From Dehalococcoidia bacterium (lineage in GTDB: Bacteria > Chloroflexota > Dehalococcoidia > UBA2979), in assembly GCA_965262725.1 (NCBI GenBank), contig OZ253555.1:1120001-1184000 (forward strand): a stretch of 64,000 nt of DNA, read 5' to 3'. Both the position numbers and the translations under genes were made by a program. Positions 28,230 to 39,381 of the stretch are shown here, piece after piece (positions within the stretch are counted from its first letter, which is position 1; every line of letters starts with the position of its first letter). The notes below the pieces were generated by a model. It saw only the letters and a program-made list of their open reading frames with translations. It searched no databases and was not told where the DNA came from.

Positions 28230-31200
28230 CTACTCGTAGCGCAGCGCCTCCGCGACTGGTACGCGCGACGCGGCGCGTGCCGGTGCCAGCGTCATCAGGG
28301 CCGAGGCACCGTAGGCGATCCCCGAGATCAAGAAGATGCGGAGCCACGGGACGCGGAAGGCAACATCGGTTCCTCCGGTGAACGCCGGATCGGTCAGCAG
28401 GTTGTAGGAGAGCGCGGTCCCGAGAACCAGTCCGAGCACGATGCCGGTCAACGCGATGAAGGACGATTCCATGAAGAACGAGAGCGCGACGAGCCTCCGG
28501 GAGTAGCCCAGGGCGCGCAGCATGCCGATCTGCTGGCGCCGCTCGACCACCGTCCGGAAGGCGATCACACCGAGCGCGGCGATCCCCACGATGAGTCCCA
28601 GGCCCATGAAGCCCTCGAACAGCAGCTGGAACTGCGTGGAGGCGCTCGCCTGGTCATCGATCACCTGCTGGATCGATGTGGCCTGAACGCCGCGCTCGAG
28701 GAGCGTCGACTCGATGCTGTCGGCGAGCGCGCGAAGCTCGGCCGTCGAGGGCGTCCCCGAGGCCGCGACGAAGAACGTCTCGGGGATCCGCCCATCGGAG
28801 GAGAATCTCTCGATGCCCGCGTCGTACACGAAGATCCCGCTGAGCTGAGGGAGGATCCCGGAGACCTGAGCCTCCATGAATCCGATGATTCGGAGCTCCA
28901 GCTCGTTCCCGCTCTCGGGATCGATCACCGTCACGCGCACGGGCTCGTAGAGGACGCCCTGGCGGATGGACGCGGAGAGATCGCCGGAGAGGGCGAAGAG
29001 CTCCTCCGCTCCTCCGAAGCCGTCCGTGCCGAGAATAGCATCGTCGGCGATCGCCGTGCCGGGATCGCTGCGCAGCGCCTCACGCACGTCGGCATCGCTG
29101 TCGTAACCCAGCGCGCGGCTCGCCAGCGCGATGTCGGCGACATCCAGGAACTCTCCGTCGATCTCGACGAGGCGATAGAAGCCGTCCTCCAGCGGAGCCG
29201 GCCGGGCCTCCTCTAGGATGCGGAGCGAGAGCGCACGCGTGCGCCCGACGCCAGCCAGCTTCTCGTCGTTGCCGAAGCCACCCTCGGCGAGTGTGCGCCT
29301 CAGGTCGCCGATCGGGTTCGAGGCGTTGCCGTCGACGACGATGTCGAATCCTGCCTTCGCCTCGTTGCTGAAGAAGAGCTGGGAGAAGTTGTAGTTGAGC
29401 GTCGCCATCACCACGAGGCTGAAGACGATGAGCACGAACATGGCAAGCGTCATGCCGGTGCGGAAGCGTGCCGCGAGCGGATAGGCGATTGCCATCTTCA
29501 CGGCCGGGGCGATGCCGCGCAGCACCGTTCCCGCGGCTCCGACCCCCGCGAGGAGCAGCTGTGCGTTGAAGACCACGAGCAGCGTGGAGGAGATCGTGAT
29601 CGCCATCCCCGAGACGAAGAACATCTCGACGTTGCCCTCGATCTCCCGTGGCTCGTCGAGGAAGGGGATCAGGGCGGCGAGCCATCGCACCGGGTCGGTG
29701 TCGGTAGCGGTCACGTCGGCGAAGAGGGAGAACGGTAGCGGGCTCAGCCAGAAGAGCAGCAGCAGCCCCGCCGAGATGGTGAAGGCGACCCGGGTGGCCG
29801 CACCGAAGTAGACGGCGAGCATCGCCGCGGCCAGAAGCAACAGCGTCAGGCCGGCCGTGTACGGGGCGGCCTGTCCCCACACCCAGCCGCCGAGCCAGAG
29901 ACCGACCAGACCTGAGATCAGCATCCAGACCGCCCAACCGCCTGCGTTGCGGTGCCGGGCCGACCAGCCCCGCGTGCGCAGGAGCAGCCAGGTCGTGAGG
30001 GCGAGGAGCGAGAAGAGCAATATCCAGAGCGCCCACAGGAGCCGGCGCCGCCAGCCGCCCCTCGGGAGGAAGCGGTCCCGCGGGACGCTACGCGCCCCCA
30101 GGACAAAGAGCGTCGCCCCAAGGAGCAGGGCGAGCATGCCCAGCCCGTACGTCGCTAGGGCGACAAGGAAGGCGCCGAATCCGATGGCGGCCCACAGGCC
30201 GACGAGCGCGAGCCACGCGAGCACCCAGAGCGCGCCGACCGTGGCACGCGCGAGACCGGCGACGGAACGATCGGCGCCGCGCAGCGGCTGCGGCTCGGGC
30301 AGGTCGCGGATCGCGCGCACGATGTTCAGGTTGGCGGCGCGAATCGACGAGAACGCGATGGTGGCGAAGGTCAGGACGATCCCCAGGGAGAACGCGATCA
30401 CGAAGCCCTGGGGATTGAAGTGGAACGCGATGGAGATGCCGAAGTCGTCGAAGGCGATCCCGAGCAGCCACGTGATGCCGAAGGCCACGGCGACGCCGAG
30501 CAGCGCCCCGACCACCGCGGCGCCGAGGTTGTAGCCGCTCCCCTCGGCGAGGAACATCTCGGTGAGGTGCAGGCGCCTCATCCCGATGGCGCGCGCCATC
30601 CCCATCTCCGAGCGCCTCTCGGCCGCCAGCATCACGAAGATCAGAAAGATCAGCATCACCCCGGCCGCGATTGAGAAGAGACCGAAGAGGAGGAAGAACG
30701 TCACGAAGACCGAGCCGATGAGCTCGGCAATCGCGACGCTCTCCGCCTTGGTGAACGCGATCTCGGCCGGAGCCCCGGTGCGCTCGAGATAGTCATCGAC
30801 GCGGTCTTCGACGGCGCTCGCGGCGTCGAGGGAGCCGCGGGTGCCGCCGAACGCCGAGAGAAGGATGAAGGTCAGCTCGTCGGGCTTACCATCGAGATCG
30901 CGCATCGTGTCGATGTGGCCGATGAGGCCGCCGCCCGTCACGTTGACGCCGATCCCCGTGAGCGACGAGTCCTGCACGATGTCGAGCACGCGAACGGTGT
31001 ACGGCTCGTTGCCGGCGAATAGCTGGAGGCCGGAACCGGGTTCCGCGTTGATCTCCTCGGCGAGCTGCCTTGAGATGAACACGCGATCCCCGGTGAGCGC
31101 TTGCGCACTGACGTAGCCGCCGTCGAGCCTCCGCAGCGCTTGGAATGGATCGATCGTCGCCGGGTCAACGCCGACCACGACGGCCCTCGGCTCCGACAGG

Positions 31201-31640
31201 CGAGCCTCGGAGTTCAGAGCGGGGAGCTCGCGAAGGAAGACTCCCGTGATGGCGTCCACGTCGGGATCAGCAGCGAACTCATCGTGGAGGTCGGCGAGGA
31301 GGTCCGAGGTGATGTAGCCCGACGAGCCCCCCAGGACGCGCTCGCCGTCGTGCGCGACGACGAGGTCGATCTCCTCGAAGGAGTCGTAGACCGCGGATGT
31401 GATCGAATAGCCGACCGTATCGCCGGTGGCGAAGGCCGCGCTGACGATCAGCGTGGAGAGCGTGAGGCCCACGACGATCAGCGTCGTCTGCGCGGGGCGA
31501 CGACCGAGGTTGCGGATGCCCATCCGGAAGAGGATTGGCTGGCGGACCCACACCCAGCCGACGACGGCGAGCGAGAGCCCTAGGAGGATCAGAAGCCCGA
31601 TCAGAATGCTCGTGAGGGGAACGCCGAAGAGGCTATCCAC
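28230..31640 (-). CDS. Large FtsX/MacB-like ABC transporter permease
   Basis: Two FtsX modules (ERRSEMGMARAIG, ERRQQIGMLRALG) and large extracytoplasmic domains. Confidence 0.92.
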   Translation of the reverse strand: MDSLFGVPLTSILIGLLILLGLSLAVVGWVWVRQPILFRMGIRNLGRRPAQTTLIVVGLTLSTLIVSAAFATGDTVGYSITSAVYDSFEEIDLVVAHDGERVLGGSSGYITSDLLADLHDEFAADPDVDAITGVFLRELPALNSEARLSEPRAVVVGVDPATIDPFQALRRLDGGYVSAQALTGDRVFISRQLAEEINAEPGSGLQLFAGNEPYTVRVLDIVQDSSLTGIGVNVTGGGLIGHIDTMRDLDGKPDELTFILLSAFGGTRGSLDAASAVEDRVDDYLERTGAPAEIAFTKAESVAIAELIGSVFVTFFLLFGLFSIAAGVMLIFLIFVMLAAERRSEMGMARAIGMRRLHLTEMFLAEGSGYNLGAAVVGALLGVAVAFGITWLLGIAFDDFGISIAFHFNPQGFVIAFSLGIVLTFATIAFSSIRAANLNIVRAIRDLPEPQPLRGADRSVAGLARATVGALWVLAWLALVGLWAAIGFGAFLVALATYGLGMLALLLGATLFVLGARSVPRDRFLPRGGWRRRLLWALWILLFSLLALTTWLLLRTRGWSARHRNAGGWAVWMLISGLVGLWLGGWVWGQAAPYTAGLTLLLLAAAMLAVYFGAATRVAFTISAGLLLLFWLSPLPFSLFADVTATDTDPVRWLAALIPFLDEPREIEGNVEMFFVSGMAITISSTLLVVFNAQLLLAGVGAAGTVLRGIAPAVKMAIAYPLAARFRTGMTLAMFVLIVFSLVVMATLNYNFSQLFFSNEAKAGFDIVVDGNASNPIGDLRRTLAEGGFGNDEKLAGVGRTRALSLRILEEARPAPLEDGFYRLVEIDGEFLDVADIALASRALGYDSDADVREALRSDPGTAIADDAILGTDGFGGAEELFALSGDLSASIRQGVLYEPVRVTVIDPESGNELELRIIGFMEAQVSGILPQLSGIFVYDAGIERFSSDGRIPETFFVAASGTPSTAELRALADSIESTLLERGVQATSIQQVIDDQASASTQFQLLFEGFMGLGLIVGIAALGVIAFRTVVERRQQIGMLRALGYSRRLVALSFFMESSFIALTGIVLGLVLGTALSYNLLTDPAFTGGTDVAFRVPWLRIFLISGIAYGASALMTLAPARAASRVPVAEALRYE

Positions 31641-32355
31641 CGATCGCGACTTCGCTCCGGGTCTCCTCCCGAGTGATGAGACCGTCCTGCATGTGGATCG
31701 TGCGGTGGCAGCGCGCCGCGATGTCCGGGTCGTGCGTGACGATCACGAACGTCTGGTGCCGCTCCCGGTTCAGCTGCTGCATGAGGGACATGATCTCGTT
31801 GGCGTTGGCCGTGTCGAGATCGCCGGTGGGCTCGTCGGCCCACACGATCGCGGGGTGGTTGACCAAGGCCCGCGCGATCGTGACGCGCTGCCGCTGGCCG
31901 CCCGATAGCTGCGCGGGTCGGTGCTCCTGCCACTCGGTCAGCCCGACCCGCGCGAGGGAGGCGAGGGCCCGCTCGCGCGACTCGGCGGCGGGGATGCCGG
32001 AGATGAGCAGAGGCAACTCGACGTTCTCGGCTGCGGAGAGAACGGGGAGCAGGTTGTAGAACTGGAAGATGAAGCCCATGTGCCGGGCGCGGTAGCCCGT
32101 GCGCGTGTCGTCGTCGAGAGTGGCGAGGTCGGTGCCATCGACGCGGACGACGCCGGCGGAGGGGTCGTCGATGCCCGAGAGGCAGTTGAGCAGCGTGGTC
32201 TTCCCGCAGCCGGAGGGCCCCATCACCGCCAGCATCTCGCCGCGTTCGACGCGGAGGTCGACGCCTCGCAGAGCGTGCGTCTTCACATCGCCGCTGAGGT
32301 AGACTTTCTTGAGGCCCTCGATCTCGATGATGGGCTCGCCCACGCCGGGCTCCAC
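31633..32355 (-). CDS. ABC transporter ATP-binding protein (LolD/MacB type)
   Basis: GPSGCGKTT, LSGGQRQRV, WADEPTG, VTHD. Confidence 0.95.
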   Translation of the reverse strand: MEPGVGEPIIEIEGLKKVYLSGDVKTHALRGVDLRVERGEMLAVMGPSGCGKTTLLNCLSGIDDPSAGVVRVDGTDLATLDDDTRTGYRARHMGFIFQFYNLLPVLSAAENVELPLLISGIPAAESRERALASLARVGLTEWQEHRPAQLSGGQRQRVTIARALVNHPAIVWADEPTGDLDTANANEIMSLMQQLNRERHQTFVIVTHDPDIAARCHRTIHMQDGLITREETRSEVAIGG

Positions 32356-32547
32356 TCGCGTGCGTCCGCTCCCCGACCGGTGGGATCACACGATACCGCC
32401 TGCTCCTCTCACGATCCCGTGGGGTGTGCCGCGTGCCCCGACGCCCCGGTCGCGCCGGGGTTGCCGCCGGTCCGACCCTCGATGTGGGCGGGCGTACACT
32501 CGCGGCAGCGGGGACGCCGGGCCGGTCCGGCTGGCGAGGGGGTGGAA

Positions 32548-32709
32548 ATGGCGCTCGGTGTCGCGCTCATCATCATGGGCGCGATCTTTCTCTTGGAGTC
32601 GCTCGGCGTGACCGACGTCGGGATCGGGGAGCTGTGGCCTCTCATCCTGATCGGGATCGGCGGGGTGATCCTGTATAAGCGGCTGCGCCGTGCGCTCCGC
32701 CACGGCTGA
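32548..32709 (+). CDS. Small two-TM protein (LiaI/LiaF TM-domain like)
   Basis: GVALIIMGAIFLLESLG...LWPLILIGIG pattern; GAGGGG RBS. Confidence 0.7.
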   Translation: MALGVALIIMGAIFLLESLGVTDVGIGELWPLILIGIGGVILYKRLRRALRHG

Positions 32710-32730
32710 GACGCCGGGAGTCGCACCGCC

Positions 32731-33244
<514 letters not shown>

Positions 33245-33301
33245 TCGACGCGCCACGTCCCTCTGGTTGACCGCGGAACGCGGCGCGGGCGGTGCGAGCA
33301 C

Positions 33302-33984
33302 TCACCGCTTGTGGCGGGGGTCCTGCGCCGCGCCGGTTCGGGCCATCGGCGCGCTATCGCGTAGCGGGCAGGCGGAGCAGCGCTCAAGCGCGGGGGGATC
33401 CGACGCGACGCCCCCGATCGCGGCGAGCAGGCGCCGCGCGCTCCACAGCGGCAGGCCGATCACCGAACAGAGGCAGCCCTCGGCCTCCGCAGCCGGGGCG
33501 AACTCCGGATCCTGGATGGCGTAGCCGCCGGCCTTGTCGAAGGGCTCGCCTCGAGCGACATAACGCTCAATCTCGGCGTGCGAGTAGCTTCGCATGCGCA
33601 CAGCGGTCGAGGCGCACTCCGTGCCGATCCGGCCGCTCTGGACCGCGGCAACGCCGGTCACGACGCGGTGGCTTGGCCGCGCAGCGCCCACAGCATCGCG
33701 CGCGCCGACTCGATGTCGGGGGGCTTGCCGAGCAGCGCGCCATCGGGCGCGACGACGATCGTGTCGGCCCCGAGCGCGAGCGCCCCTCGGGTTCGCCGGC
33801 TCACTGCCCTCGCCTTCGCGAGCGCGAGCGTCGTCGCGCGACGGGCCGGATCGGGCTCGGCGCTCGACTCGTCGATCGCGGCGGGGTGAGCCACGAACTC
33901 CACACCGAGGGCGGCGAGCAGTTCGTATCGTCTCGGCGACTCCGACGCGAGCACGATCTCCAGACGGGCGCCGCCCTCCGTCAC
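33302..33984 (-). pseudogene. maf: Maf family nucleoside triphosphate pyrophosphatase, frameshifted
   Basis: LASESPRR, GADTIVV, LGKP in one frame; HRVVTGV, GEPFDKAGGYAIQ, VIGLP in another; shift near 33675. Confidence 0.85.
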
Positions 33985-35384
33985 GGCTCCGCGGAGAGCA
34001 CCCCGCTGGAGTTCGGGGCGCCGGTCCGGGGCCGATCGGGTGAGGGCGGCACCGCTGCCCGATCCAGCGTGGCGACACATTCCACGTGCTGCGTGTGCGG
34101 GAACATGTCGAGTGGGTGGACCGACGTCAGCGAGAAGCCGGCGCCTGCCGCGGCGTTGCCGTCGACGAGCAGACGGAGGTCGCGGGCGAGTGTGGCCGGG
34201 TCGCAGGAGACGTAGACGAGGCGGCGGCACGCCGAAACGAGCAGCGCGTCGACGATGCTTGCGGCGAGCCCCGTGCGCGGCGGGTCGACGATGACGACAT
34301 CGGGCGCAGGGTCGAGTCCGGGCAACAGACTCTCGACGCTTCCGACCAGACGCGTCACGTTGTCCACGCTGGCGAGATTCGTCTCCGCGTCGTCGCCGGC
34401 GGCTACCGATTCCTCGATCGTGATCACGCGCCAAGGTCCGTCGTCGGCGAGCAGGGCGGCGAACGTCCCGACGCCGGAGTAGGCGTCGACGACGACGTCC
34501 GGCCGCGCCTCGCGGACGCGATCGCGCACCATCCGAACCAGCTGCTGGGCCTGCCGGGTGTTGACCTGGAAGAACGCGGCGGCGGAGATGCGGAAGAGAC
34601 GGCCGCCCAGCCCCTCCTGGTAGTGCTCCTGTCCGGAGGCGAGCGGTCGGCGGCCGGGTCGCCAGCGAAGCGCCGGCTGGATCATCAACTCGCCGGTCGC
34701 CTCTCCCACCCGCACGGAGAGTTGCCGCGTTCCCGTCGTCTTCCGCTGCGCGCGCTTCAATACTCCGTTCACGGCGTCGTGCGCGATCAGGCAGCGGTCG
34801 ACGCGAAGGAAATGGTGCGTCCCGCGCCGCATGAAGCCGATGTCGCCGTTGCGGCGCACCGTGAAGCGCATGTGGTTGCGGTATCCCCAGGGATGCACCA
34901 TCCCCCGAGTCGGAGCGACGGGGGGATCGTCGAACCGCCCGATCCGTCGCAGTTGATCGCGCACGAGTCCCGTCTTCAGGGCGAGCTGCTCCTCGTAGTC
35001 GACGTGCTGGAGCTGGCAGCCGCCGCAGGTCCCGAAGTAAGTGCAGGGGGGCTCGACCCGCGCGGGCGAGGCCTCCAGGATCTCGATCGCACGGGCCTCG
35101 AGGTAGGAGGGAGACTCCGAGGTGATCTCGGCAAGCACGCGCTCTCCCGGTAGGGCGTACTCGACAAAGACGACGCGGCCGTCCGGGGCTCGGCCCACGC
35201 CCGTGCCGCCGGCCGCGAAGCTGTCGATGGTCAGCTCGAAGGGAGGCGGGAGCTCGCCGCGCGCGCGCCGCCGGCGCTTGCGACGCCGCTCCCGTTTGTC
35301 CTCGCGAGGTGGCCCGCCGACCGGGGCGATCTCTGGTGTCGGCGCTGGTGCGGTGTCGGGTTGCGTATCGTCGGGGTGGGGCAT
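33981..35384 (-). CDS. 23S rRNA m5U methyltransferase (RlmD/TrmA family)
   Basis: TRAM domain, C....TCGGCQLQH Fe-S motif, AFFQVN, DAYSGVG, VDPPRTGL, YVSCDPATLARD, DMFPHTQHVE. Confidence 0.92.
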   Translation of the reverse strand: MPHPDDTQPDTAPAPTPEIAPVGGPPREDKRERRRKRRRRARGELPPPFELTIDSFAAGGTGVGRAPDGRVVFVEYALPGERVLAEITSESPSYLEARAIEILEASPARVEPPCTYFGTCGGCQLQHVDYEEQLALKTGLVRDQLRRIGRFDDPPVAPTRGMVHPWGYRNHMRFTVRRNGDIGFMRRGTHHFLRVDRCLIAHDAVNGVLKRAQRKTTGTRQLSVRVGEATGELMIQPALRWRPGRRPLASGQEHYQEGLGGRLFRISAAAFFQVNTRQAQQLVRMVRDRVREARPDVVVDAYSGVGTFAALLADDGPWRVITIEESVAAGDDAETNLASVDNVTRLVGSVESLLPGLDPAPDVVIVDPPRTGLAASIVDALLVSACRRLVYVSCDPATLARDLRLLVDGNAAAGAGFSLTSVHPLDMFPHTQHVECVATLDRAAVPPSPDRPRTGAPNSSGVLSAEP

Positions 35385-35449
35385 GGCGCGATCGTAGCGC
35401 GTAACCTGCCTTGTGGCGTAGCCCGCCCAGGCTCGCGAGAGGAGCGGCG

Positions 35450-36703
35450 ATGCCGGCTGCGAAGAGGCCTCCGGCCGGGGCCTCACGGACACCCCGGCGG
35501 AGGGCGTCGCCCGCCCGTCGCGAGCCGACGCCGATCGAGGACATCGCGCGTCAGCTGCTACCGATTCCCACGGCCCCTTACCTCGAGCAGGACGTGCTCG
35601 CCTACGTCCGGCGCTTCGCGCAGGAGCGCGGCCTCGCCTTCGACGTCGACCGCTTCGGGAACGGCTACGTCCGTCACGTCGGGCGGCGCCGTCGGGGCGC
35701 CGGCTCGCGGCCGCTTGTGCTCAGCGCGCACGCCGACCACCCCGGCTTCGTGGTGACGGCCGTGCGGAACCGGCAGCTCGAGCTCGAGTTCCGCGGCGGT
35801 CTCTCCGCCTCGTACGGCCGCGGTGAGCGCCTGCGTCTCTTCGCAGCCCCCTCGGGCGAGGACACGACCGGCGGGCGCGCGGGGACCCTCGGCCTGGCCG
35901 TTATCGACTCCGTCCGCGCCGACGAGCGCGGGCGCCTCCGGTCGGCGCTCGCGACCGCCGCCGCCGACGCGTCGCCGCAGTCCGGCGATCTCGCGCTGTG
36001 GGACGTGGAGCCGGCGCGCGTGCGCGGACGGCGCCTCGTGGCGCGCGGCTGCGACGATCTCGTTGGCTGCGTCGCCGTGCTCGCCGCCCTCGACCGCGCG
36101 GCGGCGTCGCGAGCATCCGGCGAGCTCATCGGTCTCTTCACTCGCGCCGAGGAGGTGGGTCTGCTCGGCGCCTCGGCGGCCGCGCGCGCCCGGCTGCTCC
36201 CCGACGATGCGGTGGTGGTCGCGGTTGAGACCTCCTCGGCGGCAGGCGGCCGCGCGCGCCCGGGCGCGGGACCGATCGTGCGGGTCGGCGACGCGATGCA
36301 CCTCTTTTCTCCGGGGGTGGCCTTGTGGATGACCGGGGTCGCGCAGGGTCTCGCGCGCGAGGACGATGGCTTCCGATACCAGCGCAAGCTGATGGATGGC
36401 GGAGTGACGGAGGCCACGGCCTACGATCTCTACGGATACGAAACCGGGGCGCTCTGCGTTGCGCTCGCGAACTACCACAATGGAGGCCGAGGCGGACGGG
36501 TCGCCGCCGAGAGCGTCGACATGGGTGATCTCCAGGCGCTGGCCAGACTGATGTCGCTGCTGCTCGATGAACTGCCGCGGCTGCCGAGAGCGCGCCGGGA
36601 TCTGCTCGCCCGCTATGACGGTCTCGCCCGCGAGGCGGGGCCGCAGCTGCGGGCCCGGCGTGCGCGCACCGTCGCCCGTGGATCCCGCTCCCGAACGACG
36701 TAG
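35450..36703 (+). CDS. M42/M20-like metallopeptidase
   Basis: AHADH, GCDDLVG, TRAEEVG, NYHN metal ligands. Confidence 0.8.
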   Translation: MPAAKRPPAGASRTPRRRASPARREPTPIEDIARQLLPIPTAPYLEQDVLAYVRRFAQERGLAFDVDRFGNGYVRHVGRRRRGAGSRPLVLSAHADHPGFVVTAVRNRQLELEFRGGLSASYGRGERLRLFAAPSGEDTTGGRAGTLGLAVIDSVRADERGRLRSALATAAADASPQSGDLALWDVEPARVRGRRLVARGCDDLVGCVAVLAALDRAAASRASGELIGLFTRAEEVGLLGASAAARARLLPDDAVVVAVETSSAAGGRARPGAGPIVRVGDAMHLFSPGVALWMTGVAQGLAREDDGFRYQRKLMDGGVTEATAYDLYGYETGALCVALANYHNGGRGGRVAAESVDMGDLQALARLMSLLLDELPRLPRARRDLLARYDGLAREAGPQLRARRARTVARGSRSRTT

Positions 36704-36752
36704 GATCTCGCCGGCGGCGTCGGACGGGGAGGGGCGGGCAGACCCTCGTGTG

Positions 36753-37853
36753 TCAGGCCGCGAGCGCGGCCGGAACGTCGCGCAAGGAGGCGACCAGCGC
36801 CGCGAAGCGCTCGCGCTCATCGGCGTCGAGGGCGCGGTCGGGAAGCGGGAGCTCCAGCTGCGTCACCGCGCCCGCACAGCGGTCGGTCGCGATCGCCGGC
36901 AGCTCTTCCCAGGTGCCGGACACGCAGAACTCGTCGAGCATCTCGTCGCTCACTTCCGCCGACAGCTCGTTCCAACGCCCGCGGGCGGCGACCCGGCGCA
37001 TCCGCTCCGCGCGGTCTTCCCAGCCGTGGAGTTCGATGACGCCTGCGACCGCGCGGGTCACCAGAGCCCGCGCCAGATCGTTGCGGGCGCGCTCGCGTTC
37101 CGCGCCGACCGTGCGCTCATCGGGGCCGGTCGCGACGTAGCCGGCGCCCCGTAGTTCCAGGGGCAGAGGCCCGGTGTCCCTCCCGGTCGTGGCGCCCCGG
37201 CCCTCGTCCCGGGCCTCCCGCGCCCCGTCGACGAGCGCGGGGAGAAGCACATCGCGCGCGTAGCGGAAGCTCACCGCCTGAGGCACGATCGCGCCGTCGG
37301 CGATGCTCCCGGCGAGTCGCGCCGTGAACGGCGTGACCGCCGAGATGAGGATCGGGATGCGCGGGTGGGCGATGGGGCCGGGATTGAAGGCCGGAGCCGT
37401 CAGCCGGTACTGATAGAACTCGCCCGCGTACGCTGGCCGCGTGCCGTGCTGCCAGGAGTCCCAGATCGCGCGCAGGCAGCCGATGTAGTCGAGGATCCGC
37501 GGGCCGGGCGGAGCCCACGGCACGGAGAAGCGACGCTCGTTGTGGCCCTTCACCTGCGTCCCGAGACCGAGCACGAAGCGCCCGCCCGAGTAGCTGGCGA
37601 GGTCCCACGCGAGATTGGCCGTGATGTGCGGGGCGCGCGGGAACGCGATCGCCACCGCCGTGCCCAGCGTGATCGTGGTGGTGTGCTCTGCCGCGAGCGC
37701 CAAGGGGAGAAAGGGGTGGTGCTTGGTCTCCCCGACGGAGAGCGTATCGAAGCCCAGAGCCTCGGCCTCCCGTGCGCCCCGGGCGATTGTCGAGAGCTCC
37801 GCTGCGGCCGTGCCGCCGATGCGCATCGGCGGCGGATCGATGGGGAGCGACAT
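36753..37853 (-). CDS. LLM-class F420-dependent oxidoreductase (TIGR03617-like)
   Basis: ETKHHPFLPL, GTAVAIAFPRAP, GRFVLGLGTQVKGHNERRFSVPW. Confidence 0.9.
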   Translation of the reverse strand: MSLPIDPPPMRIGGTAAAELSTIARGAREAEALGFDTLSVGETKHHPFLPLALAAEHTTTITLGTAVAIAFPRAPHITANLAWDLASYSGGRFVLGLGTQVKGHNERRFSVPWAPPGPRILDYIGCLRAIWDSWQHGTRPAYAGEFYQYRLTAPAFNPGPIAHPRIPILISAVTPFTARLAGSIADGAIVPQAVSFRYARDVLLPALVDGAREARDEGRGATTGRDTGPLPLELRGAGYVATGPDERTVGAERERARNDLARALVTRAVAGVIELHGWEDRAERMRRVAARGRWNELSAEVSDEMLDEFCVSGTWEELPAIATDRCAGAVTQLELPLPDRALDADERERFAALVASLRDVPAALAA

Positions 37854-37864
37854 GGGCCGTCGAC

Positions 37865-38536
37865 TTACCCGGGGTCCCCGGGTTCGGAGCCGGGATCGTC
37901 GCGGAGGGTCTCCGCATCGGGCGGCTGCCCATCGGCATCGGACGCCGGCCCGGCCTGCCCGGAACGGTCGGCCGGCGCCAGATTCGGCCGGCCGTTCTCG
38001 AGTAGCTGCCACACCGCTTCCTCGGTGGCGGTGTGCACGTGGCCCTCGCGGGCGAGCCGCGTGATCAGCCGCCCGTCCCAGCCGCTGGCTCGCAGGACAC
38101 GCGCGATCTCGGTCGCTCGGTCCGTGTTGTCGAGGACCACGGAGAGCAGGAGCTCCCACTCCAGGGGGGTGGCCATGACGGTCACGCCGTTGCACGGCAG
38201 GCGGACGCGGGCGTCCCAGAGCGCGGGGATGTCCCGTGGCCGTAGGACGTCGTAGCGGCCTTGGAACTGGGCGTCCCCGAAGACGAAAACTGGGACCGAG
38301 TCCCGCAGGAAGTGGAGGCGCTGCGCGGCGAGCCGCCGCCCGGCCAGCCAGCGTGCATCGAGGTCGAGCATCTCCGCGAGCTGCCCGGACGTCGTCGCGG
38401 TGGTGATGAACTCTAGGTTCGGTGACGGGGCGTCCGCCCCTTGTAGCCTCGCCGAGGCTGCCCCGATCAGCGCCCAGACATCGTCCCCGGCTGCCTCCTG
38501 GACGACGCGCACGAGTGCGCTGAGTACGGCGCCCAT
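37865..38536 (-). CDS. Hypothetical protein, possibly a degenerate nucleotidyltransferase fold
   Basis: WALIGAASARLQG...PNLEF resembles the NTase hG[GS]...DxD region. Confidence 0.6.
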   Translation of the reverse strand: MGAVLSALVRVVQEAAGDDVWALIGAASARLQGADAPSPNLEFITTATTSGQLAEMLDLDARWLAGRRLAAQRLHFLRDSVPVFVFGDAQFQGRYDVLRPRDIPALWDARVRLPCNGVTVMATPLEWELLLSVVLDNTDRATEIARVLRASGWDGRLITRLAREGHVHTATEEAVWQLLENGRPNLAPADRSGQAGPASDADGQPPDAETLRDDPGSEPGDPG

Positions 38537-38718
38537 GTCGGGCTGGGATGGTGAGGCGCTCTCGATGTGGACGGTTCGACCTCCGAAGCCTGTCGCGCCG
38601 AAAGCCGGATCATAACGCGCGTAGGCGACACGTGCCCCTCGGCGATCCCCGCACGATGCCGGGAAAGCGCGTTGCCCCACCGTCGCCGTGCGTGGGACGA
38701 TGCCGTGCAGGAGGCACA

Positions 38719-39381
38719 GTGCCGAAGCAGGTGACGAACGTCGCATCCGACGACGCCCTGACGACGATCTACCGGCTCGCCCACGACGAGCACGAGGAGG
38801 TGATCGCGGCGCGTGTAGCGGAGCGCCTCGGCATCCGGCCGGCCTCGGCGGCCGGGATGCTCTCGCGTCTGGCGCGCGACCGGCTGGTTGCGGTGGACGG
38901 TCGCAAGCGTATCTCGCTCACGGAAGCCGGATTCGCCCGCGCCGAGCACATGGTTCGACGCCACCGGCTCGCCGAGTGCCTGCTCGTCGAGACGCTTGGC
39001 CTTGAGTGGTGGCGTGCCTACGAGGAGGCGCATCTCATGGAGCACGCGATCTCCGACCACACCGAGGCCCTCATTGTCGATCGGCTTGGCGACCCTGCCG
39101 TCTCGCCGTTCGGGTACCCGGTTCCGGGTCACCCGCGTGCGCCGCAGCTCTCCGATCGACGCCTCTCGGATCTCGCGGCCGGCGACCGCGCCATCGTGCA
39201 GCGCGTCTACGAGGAAGACGAGCAGCTCTTGCGATTCTTCGACGGGGAGGGCATCCGACCCGGGGCGCGTCTGCTCCTCCGCGAGGTGGCGCCGTATCGC
39301 GGAACCGTGACCATCGCGTTGGGCGAGCGCGATCTCGTCCTCGGTCTCGAGGCGGCGAGACGTATCTGGGTCGAGCACTAG
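38719..39381 (+). CDS. DtxR/MntR family metal-dependent regulator with FeoA domain
   Basis: wHTH, LTEAG, RRHRLAE, EAHLMEH, SPFGYPVP, GIRPG. Confidence 0.92.
   Translation: MPKQVTNVASDDALTTIYRLAHDEHEEVIAARVAERLGIRPASAAGMLSRLARDRLVAVDGRKRISLTEAGFARAEHMVRRHRLAECLLVETLGLEWWRAYEEAHLMEHAISDHTEALIVDRLGDPAVSPFGYPVPGHPRAPQLSDRRLSDLAAGDRAIVQRVYEEDEQLLRFFDGEGIRPGARLLLREVAPYRGTVTIALGERDLVLGLEAARRIWVEH

Noticed and set aside
33658-35544. 628-aa ORF and similar long Arg/Pro/Ala-rich ORFs across the window
   Set aside because: Off-frame or antisense shadows caused by high GC; only the maf N-terminal part is real here
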